Below are positions 35,969-47,019 of a DNA stretch of 64,000 nt, piece after piece. The notes below the pieces were generated by a model, which saw only the letters and a list, made by a program, of their open reading frames with translations, was not told where the DNA came from and did not search any database. Each line of letters begins with the position of its first letter. Position 1 is the first letter of the stretch. This stretch comes from a virus (taxonomy: Duplodnaviria; Caudoviricetes). The position numbers and the translations under genes are program-made. Location: positions 1,085-65,084 of IMG/VR virus record IMGVR_UViG_3300044996_000325; one strand, given 5' to 3'.

Positions 35969-38900
35969 ATGCGCACGCTCAGCGAAGCTCTCACCAGCTC
36001 TCTCACCCTTCCGAAGAAGGTCAATGCCCGGCTCACTTTCAGACGCCGGAAACTTACCTATTCTCACCAGACAGTCTACGACAGCCTGGGTCTTTCTGAC
36101 CCGGCTGCCGTGGATGTGTCCGCATACGATGGCGGCGCCCTGCGTGTTGTCAACTCTGGGAATAAGCTGTACACGCAGTTTATCTCAGACCTGTCTGATG
36201 CCGATCTCTATCCCGCCTGGACTGACACGAGCATCACGCTCTACGCCGGATCTCGCCCGGGCGTCCATGGGGAGCGCGTCTGGTATCAGAAGGTAAACGG
36301 AAAGGTGTACTACCGTGACTACTCCGCGTGGTCGACCGAAGTTGAGGTCACTCCAGCGATCGGCTACGCCGCCACCGTCGCACCTGTCGACGCCGGCGCC
36401 TATGTCTATTACCTGTCCCCAAACTGGGGAACGATCGACTTCTACACTCCCGGCGGGGTTGCCACTTCCTGGCCCGGGCGGATCTACGGCGACATTCAGA
36501 CCGCACGCTACATCGATGCCGTCACCCTGAACGGCACGGATTACATCTACGTCATGGACCGCAACGCTGGTCGCGTTGTGGAGCTGCGCCGCATCGGGTC
36601 CTCGTGGTCCTATACCAGGTATGTTGTCCCGATCGATGCGATCGACAACATCACGGGTATCACGCTTGCGTATGCCACCGTACTCGATGGGAAGGTCTTC
36701 CTGACCTGCCGGCTCTCGCATAACAGCGACAACAACGTCCCGGTCGTCATGGATGTGTTCATCAAGGGCCCGTCGAACTACACCCTCGGGCGCTGGTCGT
36801 TCATCACGACCGAGAGCGTTGGTGGCAAACTGCTCGTTCCGGGCGATGGCTCCGTGTACTATCTCGGGGTCAACTCTGTTCTCGTCTCTGACGCCACCAT
36901 CGAAGTCGGCGTCGACAACGAGGATCTCAAGTTTCAGACGTCTGATATCATCTCCCTGTCGTTTTCCGAGCGCGAGGGTGGCGGAGATGAATTTGGCGGT
37001 GAGATCGCCCATGATTACTCGCACATGAGCCTTCTTGATGAGGTCGAGTTCGAGTTCGGCTACAACGGTGAATACGTCTCGTATGGCGTGTATACGATTG
37101 AACACACCGAGGTGACCGGAACCTACGGCGATGCGACGCTGTCGTTTACCGCTTCCTCGCGTGGCGCTGAGGCCCTTGCAAGCCACACGCCGCACCAGAG
37201 CTACTACCTTGCCTCTCAAAGCAAGGTGAACGACCGTCCTTCCGCTCTCTCGAATGTCATTATCGCGAGTGGGCACTTTGATGGCAACCCTCTCTACAAT
37301 ACAAAACTGAACGAGCATGCCGTCTTCTACACCGCCGCAGATGCGTCTCGCTCTACTGTGATCTCCGCGAAATTCAAGATCCCGGCCAGTCCGATCGTCT
37401 CTGGGAAATACGGCCTGATCGTCAACTACTATCGCGAGAGTGCGTATGACGTGGCCACGCGCCTCGGTGTCTCACAATCCACTGTCACGACGGACATGGC
37501 CCAGGATCACGGGATCGTCGCCTTGTACAGCGACGTTGAGGCCGGCGGCGTTCCTGGCTTCGGTATCTATCATTGGCACGAGAACACCTTCGACCTCCTT
37601 GGGACCGTCGAGATCGCCATTCCGGACGATACCTGGCACTGGCTGAAGCTCTCATTCATCGATGGCGTCATCGAGCTTTCTTATCGCCTGGACGCAGACG
37701 CCGAATGGGATCTTCTGCTCTCCGCCACCTACAACAATGCCGACATGCCGTGGAAGAATGACAGCTTTGGGCGTGGCGCCGTCTACCTCGAAAACGTGTC
37801 AGCACACCAGGCTTCCTGGCCGTTCTATTCTGGCGATGTCGTCGTTCCCGTCCAGGATATCTCCGCTTTCTCTGGTGCATCCACTGTCATCGTTGACGAC
37901 GAGCAGATCTCCATTACTGGCACCTCGCCTGATATCGTTGCCACCGACGAGCTCACTGTCGTCGAGGCTGCTTTTCGCAACGACAGCTTTGTCTCTTCTG
38001 GTTACGCTGTCGTATTGGACACAGATGACGACGTTCGGTCTGACGGTTACTACAACAACTGTGCCCTTGTCGTCAACTCTGGCTCCGGAACGGGCAAGGC
38101 CTTCAAGATCGTCGGGTACGATGCTGTGGCGCCGCAGAACTGGGTTCCAAGTGGTTCCTACACCGATCCCGATAAGTGGCAAGATCATGTCGGCGATCCT
38201 CTTCACGGATCCTGGCAGGCATCGAACAAGAGAAGGGCCTACGTCAGTACAGATCCCTCTGGCGTACTTGCTCCCGGCGCCAAGGTCCAGATCGTCCCGG
38301 CGTTGCTGGTTGACGAGCGAGGTGCGAACAGTACGGCGGATACCACGCACAGTGGTTCCGTTGCCTCTGTCTATTCAGCCGACCACGTGCTCTGCGACTG
38401 GGTCAATGGCTTCACCGGAGATCCGGACTACGATCTCGAAGAGCTGATCCGCTATGTCCTCGAAGTCGCCGGCTCCGATGTTTCCTTCGCTGCTTATCTC
38501 AACGGCAATGTAAGCACGACTGGAACATGGGGCACGTCCAATTGGTACTCTGGGTCCCGCTCCTTCATCTCTCGGCTGACCCTTCCGTCCTTCTCTGATG
38601 GTGACGAGGTCGGGTGGGTGTTCCGCGCTCCTGCCGCCGGGAGTGGTTCCACCGCCGATGGGCCGACGATCGCCAGCGGATACATGGTGACCATCCAGCG
38701 CGACGGAAGCGACTATTACGCCGTCGCACGCATCAATGTTGCCGGTGTTTGGTCGATCCTCGAGAAGGCCATGATCAACTTTGTGCCGCAAGGTACATTG
38801 CGGTGCTCTGTTCAGGACCAGGTCTTCTCTCTCTGGGTGAACAACTACCTGGTGGCCAGTTTCTATGATGGAACCGACACAGATGGCGAATACATGGCGC

Positions 38901-39493
38901 TCACATCAAAGACTGCAAAGACCTTCTCTGCCTACTACGGAGAGCTGACGGACTTCATCTCCATGTGGGCGATCGACGCCGCTTCACAGTCTGTGAATAT
39001 CCTCTCTGAGGTGATCTCGGATCGGCGTGTCTTCTTCCGAACAGAGCCTGACGGATCGATCTACTTCTATCGCCGTCGCGCCTCTGCTGGAGAGATCCCT
39101 GACATCGTCTTCGGCTTCCAGCATGGCCAGCTTACGGACGTGATAACCTGGTCGCGCGCTGAGGGCGCGAAGTTTATCGAGACTTCTGACGAGGCTCTTC
39201 TGCAGGAATTCGGCATTCGCTACTCCGTCGTAAATACGCGCTGGGCGAAGAATGTCGACGACACCGTTCGCTGGGCGAGGTGGATGCGTGCGGATCAGTA
39301 TGCGCGTTCGCGCGTGACCATCCTTGATATTGTCCCCCACCCTGGTATTCAGGTTGGCGACTGCCTGACGGTAGATCTGCCGATCGGTACGCAGACCCTC
39401 GACGTGATGGCGCTCTCCACGTCGCTGTCTGTCACCCAGGATGGCCTCACCTTCACTCAGAACCTTCAGGGTATTGCTCATGCAAGCCTATAG
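35969..39493 (+). CDS. large tail tip/hub protein
   Basis: 1174 aa beta-rich; C-terminal HPGIQVGD hub-type motif. Confidence 0.7.
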   Translation: MRTLSEALTSSLTLPKKVNARLTFRRRKLTYSHQTVYDSLGLSDPAAVDVSAYDGGALRVVNSGNKLYTQFISDLSDADLYPAWTDTSITLYAGSRPGVHGERVWYQKVNGKVYYRDYSAWSTEVEVTPAIGYAATVAPVDAGAYVYYLSPNWGTIDFYTPGGVATSWPGRIYGDIQTARYIDAVTLNGTDYIYVMDRNAGRVVELRRIGSSWSYTRYVVPIDAIDNITGITLAYATVLDGKVFLTCRLSHNSDNNVPVVMDVFIKGPSNYTLGRWSFITTESVGGKLLVPGDGSVYYLGVNSVLVSDATIEVGVDNEDLKFQTSDIISLSFSEREGGGDEFGGEIAHDYSHMSLLDEVEFEFGYNGEYVSYGVYTIEHTEVTGTYGDATLSFTASSRGAEALASHTPHQSYYLASQSKVNDRPSALSNVIIASGHFDGNPLYNTKLNEHAVFYTAADASRSTVISAKFKIPASPIVSGKYGLIVNYYRESAYDVATRLGVSQSTVTTDMAQDHGIVALYSDVEAGGVPGFGIYHWHENTFDLLGTVEIAIPDDTWHWLKLSFIDGVIELSYRLDADAEWDLLLSATYNNADMPWKNDSFGRGAVYLENVSAHQASWPFYSGDVVVPVQDISAFSGASTVIVDDEQISITGTSPDIVATDELTVVEAAFRNDSFVSSGYAVVLDTDDDVRSDGYYNNCALVVNSGSGTGKAFKIVGYDAVAPQNWVPSGSYTDPDKWQDHVGDPLHGSWQASNKRRAYVSTDPSGVLAPGAKVQIVPALLVDERGANSTADTTHSGSVASVYSADHVLCDWVNGFTGDPDYDLEELIRYVLEVAGSDVSFAAYLNGNVSTTGTWGTSNWYSGSRSFISRLTLPSFSDGDEVGWVFRAPAAGSGSTADGPTIASGYMVTIQRDGSDYYAVARINVAGVWSILEKAMINFVPQGTLRCSVQDQVFSLWVNNYLVASFYDGTDTDGEYMALTSKTAKTFSAYYGELTDFISMWAIDAASQSVNILSEVISDRRVFFRTEPDGSIYFYRRRASAGEIPDIVFGFQHGQLTDVITWSRAEGAKFIETSDEALLQEFGIRYSVVNTRWAKNVDDTVRWARWMRADQYARSRVTILDIVPHPGIQVGDCLTVDLPIGTQTLDVMALSTSLSVTQDGLTFTQNLQGIAHASL

Positions 39494-41531
39494 CATCATC
39501 GACACCATCCGCTACGTCGTCGGACAGTCGACCGGGAACCAACCCCAGTCCGGCACCATCTACGCGATCAACGGCAACACGATCGACGTCTCTGTGCGCG
39601 GCTCTGCGGTCATTATTCGGAACCTGCCTGTTGTCGGGGATGTCAATTCCCTGTACGTGGGCCAGTATGTCGACCTTCGCTGGCAGGGAACCCAGGTCGT
39701 TGCCATCGCGGTCCCGACAACAGGAACCGTTCCGATCTCAGTATCGATCAATCCAGACGGAAGCACTCTCGAGAACAGCCCGGTTGGCCTGCGCGTCAAG
39801 GCGAATGGTCTTCAGCTGTGGCACCTTGCCTTCACGCCCGCCCTTGCTGGTCACACGCATATGGACAGCATGCAGCGTGCCGGCTGGCACACCGACGATG
39901 ACGGCGCCGTTTTCCAGAACAACGTCCATATCCATCCGTCCGGACAGATCTCTCTTGGCTCTGACCCAGACATCATCAAGCTGGATGCGTCGCACGCGAC
40001 CTATCGCATGTGGGCCGGGAGTGTCGACCCCGATCAGGCTGGTTTTGCTGTCGAGAAGGACGGCTCGGTGCACATTCGCCGTGGCGACATCACTCTCGGT
40101 ACTGGAGATGATGTTCTCGTCGCCAGCTCGAGCGATGATGATTGGCGCCTGTGGATCGGTGATGACGATCCCGAGGCTGCGCCTTTCCGTGTGAATAAGT
40201 ATGGTCAGGCCTGGCTCGACAGCGCCAATGTGTCCGTTGAGCTGCAGAGCACCAACTATGTCGAGGGTCTCACGGGCTGGAAGCTCGACCAGACTGGTCG
40301 CCTGGAAGCGAATGATGCCGTCATTCGCGGCAAGATCACCTCGACCGTTTTTGAGCGCGAGACGATCTCTGCTATCTCTGGCCGCCTTGTTGTCACGGAG
40401 GCTGGTGTTCTTGTTTCAGACGTCGGAAACACAGACGAGACCATCGTTGTTGATCACCAGGCGTTTGGGGCCGGCGACGTCGTTCACCTGAAGTCCACGA
40501 CCCGCCAGGAGTGGATGGCGATCCTCGACGACGGAACGCCAGTCGATGGTGGTATCGAGTACTCTGTTGAGCGCGATGTTGACGGTGACGGTGCCGAAGT
40601 CTGGTACACCGGCGAAGCTGTATTCCGCGAGGGCAACGCCGTTCTTTCTGAGCAGGATGCCAAGTTTGGAGCTCCGTCTCCGTTCGGTACGACCCGTTTT
40701 GGTGGTAGTGCCTACAAGTCCTCTGGCGGCTTCCTCAAACTCGAGGGTGCTGCTGAAGAGGGCCCTTATTTCGGCGTTTCCCGCCGCATTGGCCCGGAGT
40801 ACAACCAGGTCTTCGATGCGGTTCGTATTGGTAACCTTGCTGAATTCCTGGACGTTCAGGATGATCACTATGGGATTGGCGTTGGTGATCTGTCCAGGTT
40901 CTTTCGTTACACCTACGAGGACGGGCTCTTGATCCGCACCTCGTCCGGCGGAACGCAGATCGACGACAATGGTATCACCACGGACAGCTTGATCGTCCTT
41001 CCATCCGACGTTCCGGAATTCCAGGATGGTCAGGCTCAGCTGTACGTGAACGGTGACGAGATCCGCGTGCACTACAAAAATGGCGCATACGAGACCGATA
41101 CCCTGTTGAATAAGCTGGATGGTCAGGCCCCTGTTCTGAAATCGGACAGCTCCTCTGACCGTATCGTTCAAGTCGTCCTGAATGGCTCCGTGGCTCTGAC
41201 AACTTCTGACAGCGCCACTGTTCCTGTCCCGTCCTCGATGAATGGGATGATCCTAAAGTCCGTCAGTGCCCGGTGCGGCACCGATCAGACTTCTGGAGCG
41301 TCCACAAGCGGAACTATCGAGATCTCCGTTCAGAATGGCACGACCAACATGCTTACGACCAACTTGACCATCGATGTTGGCGAGTATTCGAGTGCCAATG
41401 CGGCAACGCCAGCAGTCATTGACGAGAACAACGATGGCGTCATTACCGGTGACGAGATAAACGTGGAAGTTGTTCAGTCTGGAACTGGAGCCAAGAAGGT
41501 TGTCGTGACGCTTGTCTTTGGGAACCCGTAA
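39480..41531 (+). CDS. tail fibre/baseplate-associated protein
   Basis: APFRVNKYG, STNYVEGLTGWKLDQTG, AVIRGKITSTVFE segments typical of phage tail proteins. Confidence 0.7.
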   Translation: MQAYSIIDTIRYVVGQSTGNQPQSGTIYAINGNTIDVSVRGSAVIIRNLPVVGDVNSLYVGQYVDLRWQGTQVVAIAVPTTGTVPISVSINPDGSTLENSPVGLRVKANGLQLWHLAFTPALAGHTHMDSMQRAGWHTDDDGAVFQNNVHIHPSGQISLGSDPDIIKLDASHATYRMWAGSVDPDQAGFAVEKDGSVHIRRGDITLGTGDDVLVASSSDDDWRLWIGDDDPEAAPFRVNKYGQAWLDSANVSVELQSTNYVEGLTGWKLDQTGRLEANDAVIRGKITSTVFERETISAISGRLVVTEAGVLVSDVGNTDETIVVDHQAFGAGDVVHLKSTTRQEWMAILDDGTPVDGGIEYSVERDVDGDGAEVWYTGEAVFREGNAVLSEQDAKFGAPSPFGTTRFGGSAYKSSGGFLKLEGAAEEGPYFGVSRRIGPEYNQVFDAVRIGNLAEFLDVQDDHYGIGVGDLSRFFRYTYEDGLLIRTSSGGTQIDDNGITTDSLIVLPSDVPEFQDGQAQLYVNGDEIRVHYKNGAYETDTLLNKLDGQAPVLKSDSSSDRIVQVVLNGSVALTTSDSATVPVPSSMNGMILKSVSARCGTDQTSGASTSGTIEISVQNGTTNMLTTNLTIDVGEYSSANAATPAVIDENNDGVITGDEINVEVVQSGTGAKKVVVTLVFGNP

Positions 41532-42440
41532 ATGGCTCTTCCTTACTTGACTGTCTATAACGGCTCTGGCAGTGGATACAAGTATCCCAATGCCTACTAC
41601 CCGATCGTGGCCAATACGATCGAGGGATATACCTTTACCAGGTGGGCCGGAACGCTCTCCGTTCTTTCTCCAACCTCAAGAAGTACGAGTGTCTGGATTG
41701 GATCAGTCTCTGGATATGTGCAGGCGTACTTTGCAATCAACTACTACTCCTACACTTATTCTGCTGGTCCGGGTGGCCAGATTGTGGGCCCTTCCAGCCA
41801 GTCTGTCGCCTATCATCACGATGGCGAGTTGGTCGAGGCGGTTCCCAATGCAGGGTATCACTTCACGGCCTGGTCAGACGGTGATACCAATCCGCATAAG
41901 CAGCCAATCAACGTCGAAAGCAGCAAAAGTTACACGGCCTACTTTGAAGCCGACGAAGATCCTGGAGACCCGCATTACACCCTGACCGTAAACAGCGGCT
42001 CTGGTGATGGTTCGTATGTTGCCGGCATCGCCGTCGAGATTGTTGCTGATGCGCCGGCTGTTGGGTATCACTTCACTCACTGGTCTGGTGATATTGCTGG
42101 CATCTCTGATGTCTACGCTTCCTCGACCACGATCTTCACGCAGGCAGCCAATGCGGCAATCACGGCGAATTATGCCGAGGATAATCCAGGACCGTTTACT
42201 CTAACTTACACTGCCGGTTCTCATGGATCTATTTCTGGTGATACGCCGCAAACTGTTGCCAAGAATAATAACGGGTCCATTGTGACCGCTGTTCCAGATG
42301 ATAGTTATGCCTTCCAGGCATGGTCCGATGGAGTACTCACTGCTTCCCGGCAGGAACTTGATGTGATTGCTGACATATCCGTTACTGCCAACTTTGTAAT
42401 GCTTGAAAATACGAACTTTCCTCAGATAAGGATATTTTAG
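41532..42440 (+). CDS. virion protein with InlB B-repeat-like domains
   Basis: four repeats of YTLT...A-P--GY-F--WS. Confidence 0.75.
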   Translation: MALPYLTVYNGSGSGYKYPNAYYPIVANTIEGYTFTRWAGTLSVLSPTSRSTSVWIGSVSGYVQAYFAINYYSYTYSAGPGGQIVGPSSQSVAYHHDGELVEAVPNAGYHFTAWSDGDTNPHKQPINVESSKSYTAYFEADEDPGDPHYTLTVNSGSGDGSYVAGIAVEIVADAPAVGYHFTHWSGDIAGISDVYASSTTIFTQAANAAITANYAEDNPGPFTLTYTAGSHGSISGDTPQTVAKNNNGSIVTAVPDDSYAFQAWSDGVLTASRQELDVIADISVTANFVMLENTNFPQIRIF

Positions 42441-42448
42441 GAGGTGCC

Positions 42449-43585
42449 ATGGCCATTCCAACAGCTGTAAACTACCCGACATCCTTGGACGATGCTACTA
42501 CTCTGTTTGGCGATCCCGTCAATCAGATTGAGCTCACGCTCGCCACTGGCATTGATGCTGATGATACCTCGATGGTTGTCTCCGAGGACATATCGTCAGT
42601 CAATGTACCGACGTTTCTGGCGTTTGAAACTGGCGAAATCGTTTATGCTGCGGCGATGAACTCGCTCTCAAAAACCTTCAGCTCCCTGACCCGCGGTGAC
42701 ATTCCTGCTCCGCACAACGCGGGCGAGAAGGTAAGCCTGATCATGGTTGGGCAGTACATCTCCCAGCTCAAGAAGGCGATCATCGCCATCGAGACTATTC
42801 TGGCCATAAACCCGAATGGTGCATCTGCCAGCGTGTCTGCCCGTATCAAAGCGATCGAGGACCAGAAGGCCGCCGCATCTGGTCTGGCCAGCCTGAATAG
42901 TTCAAGTAAAGTTGTTCAGGAGCCTGCCTCCAAGGCCACTGCAAATGGCATCGCATCACTGAACGCATCCTCGAAGGTCGTCCAGGACCCCGAGAATGCC
43001 ACCGCCACTCCAACCGCATCCAAGATCCCGATCGCAGATGGAAGCGGAAAGCTGGATGGGTGGGTGACGCAAAGCAAGGCCGTCGCAGCGCAGCTCTTCC
43101 TCTCGGCTGCTGGCGCAACCCCTGCTACAACATCTGGCTGTGCCAATCCGAACACGAACGAAATGTCGACCAACAAGCAGACGATCAAGACTGCTGACTT
43201 CGACGCCTCCACTGAAGAGTACGCCGACTTCGTTGTATTGATGCCGTCCGACTGGGATGGTGGAACATTGACGGCGAAATTCGCCTGGATGCACGCAGCG
43301 ACCACGACGAACTTTGGCGTTGTCTGGGGTATCAAAGCCAGGTCTTACGCCGATGATGAAGCGCTCGACCAGGCCTTTGGGACTGCCGTCACTGTCTCGG
43401 ATACGGGTGGCACAACGAACGATCTCTATGTGACTTCCGCGACCGGAGCAATGACCATTGGTGGAACTCCGGCTGCCGGAGGGCTTGTCGTGTTCCGTGT
43501 CTATCGAAAGGCTGCCGATGCTTCCGATACGATGACTATCGACGCCAAGCTGATCGGCGTTCAGCTTACCTACACGAGGTCATAA
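42449..43585 (+). CDS. tail fibre-like protein
   Basis: NYPTSLDD start; tandem ASLN-SSKVVQ-P repeat; MPSDWDGGT C-terminal domain. Confidence 0.65.
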   Translation: MAIPTAVNYPTSLDDATTLFGDPVNQIELTLATGIDADDTSMVVSEDISSVNVPTFLAFETGEIVYAAAMNSLSKTFSSLTRGDIPAPHNAGEKVSLIMVGQYISQLKKAIIAIETILAINPNGASASVSARIKAIEDQKAAASGLASLNSSSKVVQEPASKATANGIASLNASSKVVQDPENATATPTASKIPIADGSGKLDGWVTQSKAVAAQLFLSAAGATPATTSGCANPNTNEMSTNKQTIKTADFDASTEEYADFVVLMPSDWDGGTLTAKFAWMHAATTTNFGVVWGIKARSYADDEALDQAFGTAVTVSDTGGTTNDLYVTSATGAMTIGGTPAAGGLVVFRVYRKAADASDTMTIDAKLIGVQLTYTRS

Positions 43586-44922
43586 TGGCCGTCATTGCTC
43601 CTGAATGTTACTCAACCGGAAGTACATACGGCACTTCCCTGACGTACAACAGCGGCGTTTTGGCCAGTGGCGTCAATCGGTTCATGTTGATCGGCTTTAC
43701 TCTCGACAGTGTTGCGTCGGAGGGGCGCATCACTGTCACTGTTGGCGGCAAGAATGCTTTTTATATCAACGGTGGCACCAATAGCGGCGGTTCCTGCTAC
43801 AACTTCCTCTTCGGCTTTTGGGTTCCAAACGGATGGAGCGGAGCAAAGTCGATCGTCATCACTCCAAGAACGTCGAACGCGACTATTCAGTCTGCCAATG
43901 CAACTTTCCCGGGCGTGAAAAGGCTTCGCTACTCTGGGGATGGCGGAAACACAAACAGCTTGTCTGTAACGTGGTGCCGGAATGGTGACACAGTGGTCGA
44001 CTTCCTGGCCGGAAGTGGGGGTGGGTCATATACATCCCTCACTCCAGGAGCAAGCCAGACAAAGATCTGTGAAGATAAGGCTCGCCCTGGCATTGCAATG
44101 TCCTATGCTCTTTCGAGCGGAACGAGCATTACGATGTCGTGGACGCTGAACCCGTCGACAATTTCTACGATCAACGCCGTTGCCCTGGAGCCAGACGATC
44201 TTTTGCACCCAACGGCTCCCGTTCTTCGGTCTACCGCCTTTCCACAGGCAGTAGCAAATGGTGGTCGCGATATTACCGGGACCTCCTACACCGTGAATAG
44301 TGTATCGACACTTGGGTGCCGATCTTCGAAAAGCAAACTTGTTGCGTGCATTGGTATTCATGGATCGTCTGGCGACTTCTCTGGTTTTGCGTGCACTGCG
44401 ACCATCGAGGGTGTCGGATACTCCATGACAAAGGTTGTTGAGGCAATCAAGTCTTCGTCCTCTCGGACTGCCGTTGTTATGTTCACTCTCAACAATCCTC
44501 CTGCTGGCGACGCAACGCTTGCATTTTCGTGGACTGGATCTGCGGATGACGGCATCATTGAATGGTCGCTGTGGGACTATGCCGACACCCTTATTCGAGA
44601 CAACGACAACTCTTCCGGAGACACGAGCAATGCTATTGCCTTGACGTCGACCACCATTGCATCCGATGTCTGCATTGACTTCTTCCACGGTTACGGTGCT
44701 TTACGAAACCCCGCAAGCGGGCAAACGCAGGTCGATAGTGGGGCCGCGGCCTGGTCGGAATACCATCGTCATACGTGGAAAGTAGCCACCACAACAAGCA
44801 CAACGATGCAGATGGACGCCGGAAGTTCAACTGCGTACGCATACACGTCGCTGGTTCTAACGCTGGCTCCACCCGACATCGGTGCCAACCCCGTTTCGAT
44901 CAGCCCATACATGATGGTGTAA
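43585..44922 (+). CDS. putative receptor-binding/structural protein, two similar Ser/Thr/Gly-rich domains
   Basis: composition and position at end of tail module. Confidence 0.55.
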   Translation: MAVIAPECYSTGSTYGTSLTYNSGVLASGVNRFMLIGFTLDSVASEGRITVTVGGKNAFYINGGTNSGGSCYNFLFGFWVPNGWSGAKSIVITPRTSNATIQSANATFPGVKRLRYSGDGGNTNSLSVTWCRNGDTVVDFLAGSGGGSYTSLTPGASQTKICEDKARPGIAMSYALSSGTSITMSWTLNPSTISTINAVALEPDDLLHPTAPVLRSTAFPQAVANGGRDITGTSYTVNSVSTLGCRSSKSKLVACIGIHGSSGDFSGFACTATIEGVGYSMTKVVEAIKSSSSRTAVVMFTLNNPPAGDATLAFSWTGSADDGIIEWSLWDYADTLIRDNDNSSGDTSNAIALTSTTIASDVCIDFFHGYGALRNPASGQTQVDSGAAAWSEYHRHTWKVATTTSTTMQMDAGSSTAYAYTSLVLTLAPPDIGANPVSISPYMMV

Positions 44923-44934
44923 AGGAGACAAAAG

Positions 44935-46047
44935 ATGACAGGTATTGGTCTATACCCGAAACCCAACGGGGTGTGGGGAGCAGACATCAGCAAGTGGCAA
45001 GACGCTGACGACACCCCACAAATGGTCGACTTCGACAAGATGGTCGCTGCCGGGATGAAGTTCATTATCATCAAAGCATCCCAGCAAACCGCTGACCCGG
45101 ACTTCGTTGAGAACTGGAAGCGCTCAAGGGCTGCCGGCCTGATCCGTGGCGCCTATCACTACCTCGACTGGCGCAAGAGCGAGATGGAGCAGGCAAAACT
45201 GTTCGTGGATCTTCTACGGGCAGATCCTGGCGAGCTTCCGCCGTCCTGCGACTTCGAGATGGACCTGAACAATCCAGGCAGGGCTGTTGCGTCGGGAAAG
45301 CTGCACAACTTCCTAACCTATGTCGAGCAGGAGCTCGGGGTCGTCCCGATGATCTACTGCGGCCCGTACTTCTGGATGGACTACGGCGGCTCAAATAAAG
45401 AATGGGCTCGATACGCGCTGTGGCTCGCTCACTACCGCCCGATTGCGTACGGAAAGCCGGCTGGTCCGATCGTCCCGCTGCCGTGGAAGACATACACTTT
45501 CTGGCAGTACGACGATCTTGGGGACGGACTGAGGCTCGGCGCCGAGAGCAAAGAGCTCGATGTCAACGTCTTCAATGGCGACGAAGCTGCCTTCGAGGCG
45601 TTCGTCAAATCGGTTCGCTCCGGGTCTGGCTATCAGACGCCTGAAACTCCGGCGGAGCCGAAGCCGGAGGAGCCGAAGGGATTGGCCTACGTGGTTGACA
45701 TTCCCGGCCTGAATGTCCGCAGCGGTCCCTCCACCAACTCTTCGGTCGTGAAGGTTATTCGCTACGGCGCTCCAGTTTCTGTCCTGGAGACGAAGGGCGA
45801 CTGGGCTCGCATCGGCGCCGGCATGTGGGTGTACAAGCCCTACCTGAAGGCGGCGCTGCCTTCGTACGCCCCGATCTACGAGGTCAACGTCGGTGGCCTC
45901 AATGTGCGCAAGGGGCCAGGGACGAACTACGCAATCGTGAAGGTGATCTACAAGGGGACGCGGGTCGAGATCCTTGAGATCAATGGCGAGTGGGCCTGCA
46001 TCTCTCCCGGCCAGTGGGTCTACATGCCTTATTTGAGGCAGGTGTAA
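44935..46047 (+). CDS. endolysin, GH25 muramidase plus two SH3b domains
   Basis: GADISKWQ, KASQ, GAYHY, DFE, FWQY, LDVNVF; LNVRSGP and LNVRKGP repeats. Confidence 0.92.
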   Translation: MTGIGLYPKPNGVWGADISKWQDADDTPQMVDFDKMVAAGMKFIIIKASQQTADPDFVENWKRSRAAGLIRGAYHYLDWRKSEMEQAKLFVDLLRADPGELPPSCDFEMDLNNPGRAVASGKLHNFLTYVEQELGVVPMIYCGPYFWMDYGGSNKEWARYALWLAHYRPIAYGKPAGPIVPLPWKTYTFWQYDDLGDGLRLGAESKELDVNVFNGDEAAFEAFVKSVRSGSGYQTPETPAEPKPEEPKGLAYVVDIPGLNVRSGPSTNSSVVKVIRYGAPVSVLETKGDWARIGAGMWVYKPYLKAALPSYAPIYEVNVGGLNVRKGPGTNYAIVKVIYKGTRVEILEINGEWACISPGQWVYMPYLRQV

Positions 46048-46048
46048 C

Positions 46049-46369
46049 ATGATCCTTCGTACCCCCCAGCTCATTGCGTTTGTCTTCTCGATCATTACCT
46101 GTGTCATGCTCGGGATCTTTTCGTGGATGTTCCCACGGCACAGAAGGTTCACGCTTCCTTTGATGTCCTGGGTCCTTCACATGGTTATCGCGTATGCGGC
46201 CCTGGCGATCTGCAGAACGAGGCCCGACTTCGATGCCGCTTTCTTCAACAACTGGTTTACCGCGATCACTCTCCACGCTCTCCTATTGATCGGAGTGATC
46301 GGTTCCGTGGAAATGTTCGACCATATCATCGAGACAAGAAAGGCACTCCGCTATGGACGTAACCGCTAA
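46049..46369 (+). CDS. three-TM holin candidate
   Basis: three hydrophobic helices, basic tail, next to endolysin. Confidence 0.6.
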   Translation: MILRTPQLIAFVFSIITCVMLGIFSWMFPRHRRFTLPLMSWVLHMVIAYAALAICRTRPDFDAAFFNNWFTAITLHALLLIGVIGSVEMFDHIIETRKALRYGRNR

Positions 46370-46766
46370 AGACATCATCATCCCGCTGTCCGTGGCGTTG
46401 GTTCCTTCGGTCCTGACCTACTTCGCGTCCAGGAACAAGACGAAGGCCGAAGCGCAGAAGACAATCGGGGAAGCCTGGGAGAAATACTGCGATCAAGTCG
46501 AGGAGCAGAACGCAAAGCTCAATGCTCGCATTTCCGCCCTCGAAGGCATGGTCTCTTCTTTGCAGTCTACGATCGCTACGCAGAACGACACCATTGCAAA
46601 GCAGAACCAGCGCATTGCAGATCAAGACAAGATCATCGCGGAGCAGGCTAGTAAGATCGCAGAGCAGGACAAGATCATCGCCGACCTCACCGCGCAGAAC
46701 GAAGCCATGACGGCTCAGTTGGATCAGCTGGGGCATCCCCAGAGAAAGACGAAGAAGAATGAGTAA
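46353..46766 (+). CDS. membrane-anchored coiled-coil protein (lysis module)
   Basis: N-terminal hydrophobic segment, IAxQ heptad repeats. Confidence 0.7.
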   Translation: MDVTAKDIIIPLSVALVPSVLTYFASRNKTKAEAQKTIGEAWEKYCDQVEEQNAKLNARISALEGMVSSLQSTIATQNDTIAKQNQRIADQDKIIAEQASKIAEQDKIIADLTAQNEAMTAQLDQLGHPQRKTKKNE

Positions 46767-47004
46767 CCTGATCGAGATGCTCGGATGCAAAACCGAGGAG
46801 GAGGCCATCTTGAAGGTGCAGCAGCTGGCTGCCGTGCCTGTATCGGTCACCCTGGTTGGTACTGCTGATGGAAGCCTGTTTATTTCCACTACGGGCGATC
46901 CTCCGGTTGCTCTTGTTGAACAACTCCTTCTGAGAGGGCTTCAGCACTGTATTGAGCAAAAGGTCCATGCAAGTCTTCAGAAAACAAAAACAGCCCCCAA
47001 TTAG
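46759..47004 (+). CDS. hypothetical protein
   Basis: 81 aa, last gene of late operon. Confidence 0.55.
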   Translation: MSNLIEMLGCKTEEEAILKVQQLAAVPVSVTLVGTADGSLFISTTGDPPVALVEQLLLRGLQHCIEQKVHASLQKTKTAPN

Positions 47005-47018
47005 GGGGCTGTTTTTTT
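46986..47018. terminator. bidirectional terminator between convergent arms
   Basis: AAAAACAGCCCCC-aatta-GGGGGCTGTTTTTTT. Confidence 0.85.
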
Positions 47019-47019
47019 C

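Noticed and set aside
41532-44922. Diversity-generating retroelement targeting tail fibres
   Set aside because: No reverse transcriptase and no TR/VR pair with adenine-specific differences seen
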